Shown here: in pieces, positions 63,901-64,000 of the stretch | Layout: every line of letters starts with the position of its first letter | Numbering within the stretch: the stretch's first letter is position 1 | NCBI GenBank assembly: GCA_963796055.1 | Contig: CAWCKH010000004.1 | Coordinates: 544,001-608,000, forward strand | Source of the DNA: an uncultured delta proteobacterium | GTDB lineage: Bacteria > Myxococcota > Myxococcia > Myxococcales > Myxococcaceae | DNA length: 64,000 bases | Direction: 5' to 3' | Notes under the pieces: generated by a model | Told to the model about the DNA's origin: nothing | Seen by the model: the letters and a program-made list of their open reading frames with translations, nothing else | The model's database searches: none | Program-made: the position numbers and the translations under genes

Positions 63901-64000
63901 AGGAGACGCAGGTGCCGATGTTCAAGCTGCTCGGTACCCCGGCCAAGGACAAGCGGCACCTGGTCCTCGAGGCGGGCCACGTTCCGCCGAACGACGTGCT
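60987..64000 (+). CDS. Ser/Thr protein kinase - TM - PEGA-like - FGE-sulfatase-like - alpha/beta hydrolase fusion (runs off window end)
   Basis: Manual translation: ARGGMGAVY, VALK, HRDFKSSN, DFG, GTPEYMAPE; TM; EVTNRQF, PVTGVSWYEAAAYA, DMAGNAKEW; YYGASWG, NGRYD, GH. Confidence 0.9.
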   Translation, partial: MSGKPSESGTPAEPAPDEPGATFVRHPSDQRTAELLPSPSLPTGDGDPDLPRLRPEELLAGRFSIVRFIARGGMGAVYEAQDLSLRTRVALKIIHSALLAESSALERFRREVLLARRVGHPNVCHVYEFYDARTAEGVPVHFLTMELLEGETLTQRLRQRGRMSTAEALPLVLQMCDGLAAAHAEGVVHRDFKSSNVLLVQRRGPSGDSGTTRAVITDFGIARPLEMGAEPGLTGGAGMIGTPEYMAPEQVTGGAITPSTDLYALGVVMYEMVTGELPFTGDTPLAAAAKRIQEMPRAPHTVLPGLDRRWSEVILRCLAREPERRFRTAEHVRAALLAPARHPVRRAGLVAGVALALTAAVVLASLYVRREGRVRWARDVALPKVVELVELNKYPEAMALAEQVQQVLPDDPKLRKLLPEMSRLYTVETAPPGATVEVKPYGAADGAWRKLGTTPLRGFRLPYGLYVWRIFSPGYEPVTLAYPGAYAPPETTLTLALDRVGAVPPDMVRVPGGSVDLPIPGLDHLPKVFLGDYLVDRTEVTNRQFKRFVDAGGYQRRELWKEPFVQGGRTLGWEQAMALLHDRTGRPGPATWDLGDYPDGQADHPVTGVSWYEAAAYAAFVGKELPSTYQWAHSAGTYLAPQIVPASNFRNAGTVPVATLGAINPYGTHDMAGNAKEWCRNAVKDGRRFILGGGWNEPSYMFNDPDAQDPFTRGVAYGLRLVKPLDDRTAPEASAVIPLAERDYSRETPVRPEIAQAYRRLYAYDRTPLDARTEEIDESSDRWRVEKVSFNAAYGGERVTAYLLTPRTGRPPYPLVVFFPGSNAIHERSSKDLPGKRLLIPIVRSGRAVLYPVFKSTFERADALDSDYQAPTTFYRDHVIMWSKDLGRSIDWAETRQDLDAKRVAYYGASWGAFLGPVMMAVEERIKAGLWVGGGLESQGSLPEADPFNFLGLVRQPVLMVNGRYDFFFPVEETQVPMFKLLGTPAKDKRHLVLEAGHVPPNDV

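Noticed and set aside
60918..63980. - strand ORFs of 364 and 526 aa and the 713-aa + ORF at 61511
   Set aside because: Shadows of the kinase fusion gene that runs off the window end

Overview
High-GC bacterial DNA, most likely from a myxobacterium (MtsC/MYXO-CTERM protein, DAGT-linker lipoprotein, eukaryotic-like kinase). From left to right the window holds: purU; a complete ilvB-ilvN-leuA-leuC-leuD-leuB-ilvD-ilvC-ilvE operon with an unannotated Leu/Val/Ile leader-peptide attenuator; mtsC; transport and metabolic genes (NCS2 permease, acyltransferase, TAXI-like receptor, DAHP synthase, S9 peptidase, acyl-CoA ligase); bacillithiol genes bshC-bshA head-to-head with a secreted PIG-L/LmbE deacetylase, a small membrane protein, a Na+/solute symporter and a DinB gene; chaA; a czcCBA-type RND pump; a class V aminotransferase; DUF2252; a BNR-repeat protein; a PAS-GGDEF protein; an MFS transporter; and a Ser/Thr kinase-FGE-hydrolase fusion running off the end. 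The most striking observation is a probable selenoprotein that the ORF track splits in two (38350-39081). It has a signal peptide, an in-frame TGA as the first mature codon, a SECIS-like hairpin with a GGUCU loop starting after an 11-nt spacer, and a beta-barrel-like body ending in Phe. The window also contains several clean deletion scars that join fragments of unrelated genes, and about seven single-base indels that may be read errors. I saw no rRNA, tRNA, CRISPR array or IS element. All family calls come from motif recognition by eye; no database searches were run.
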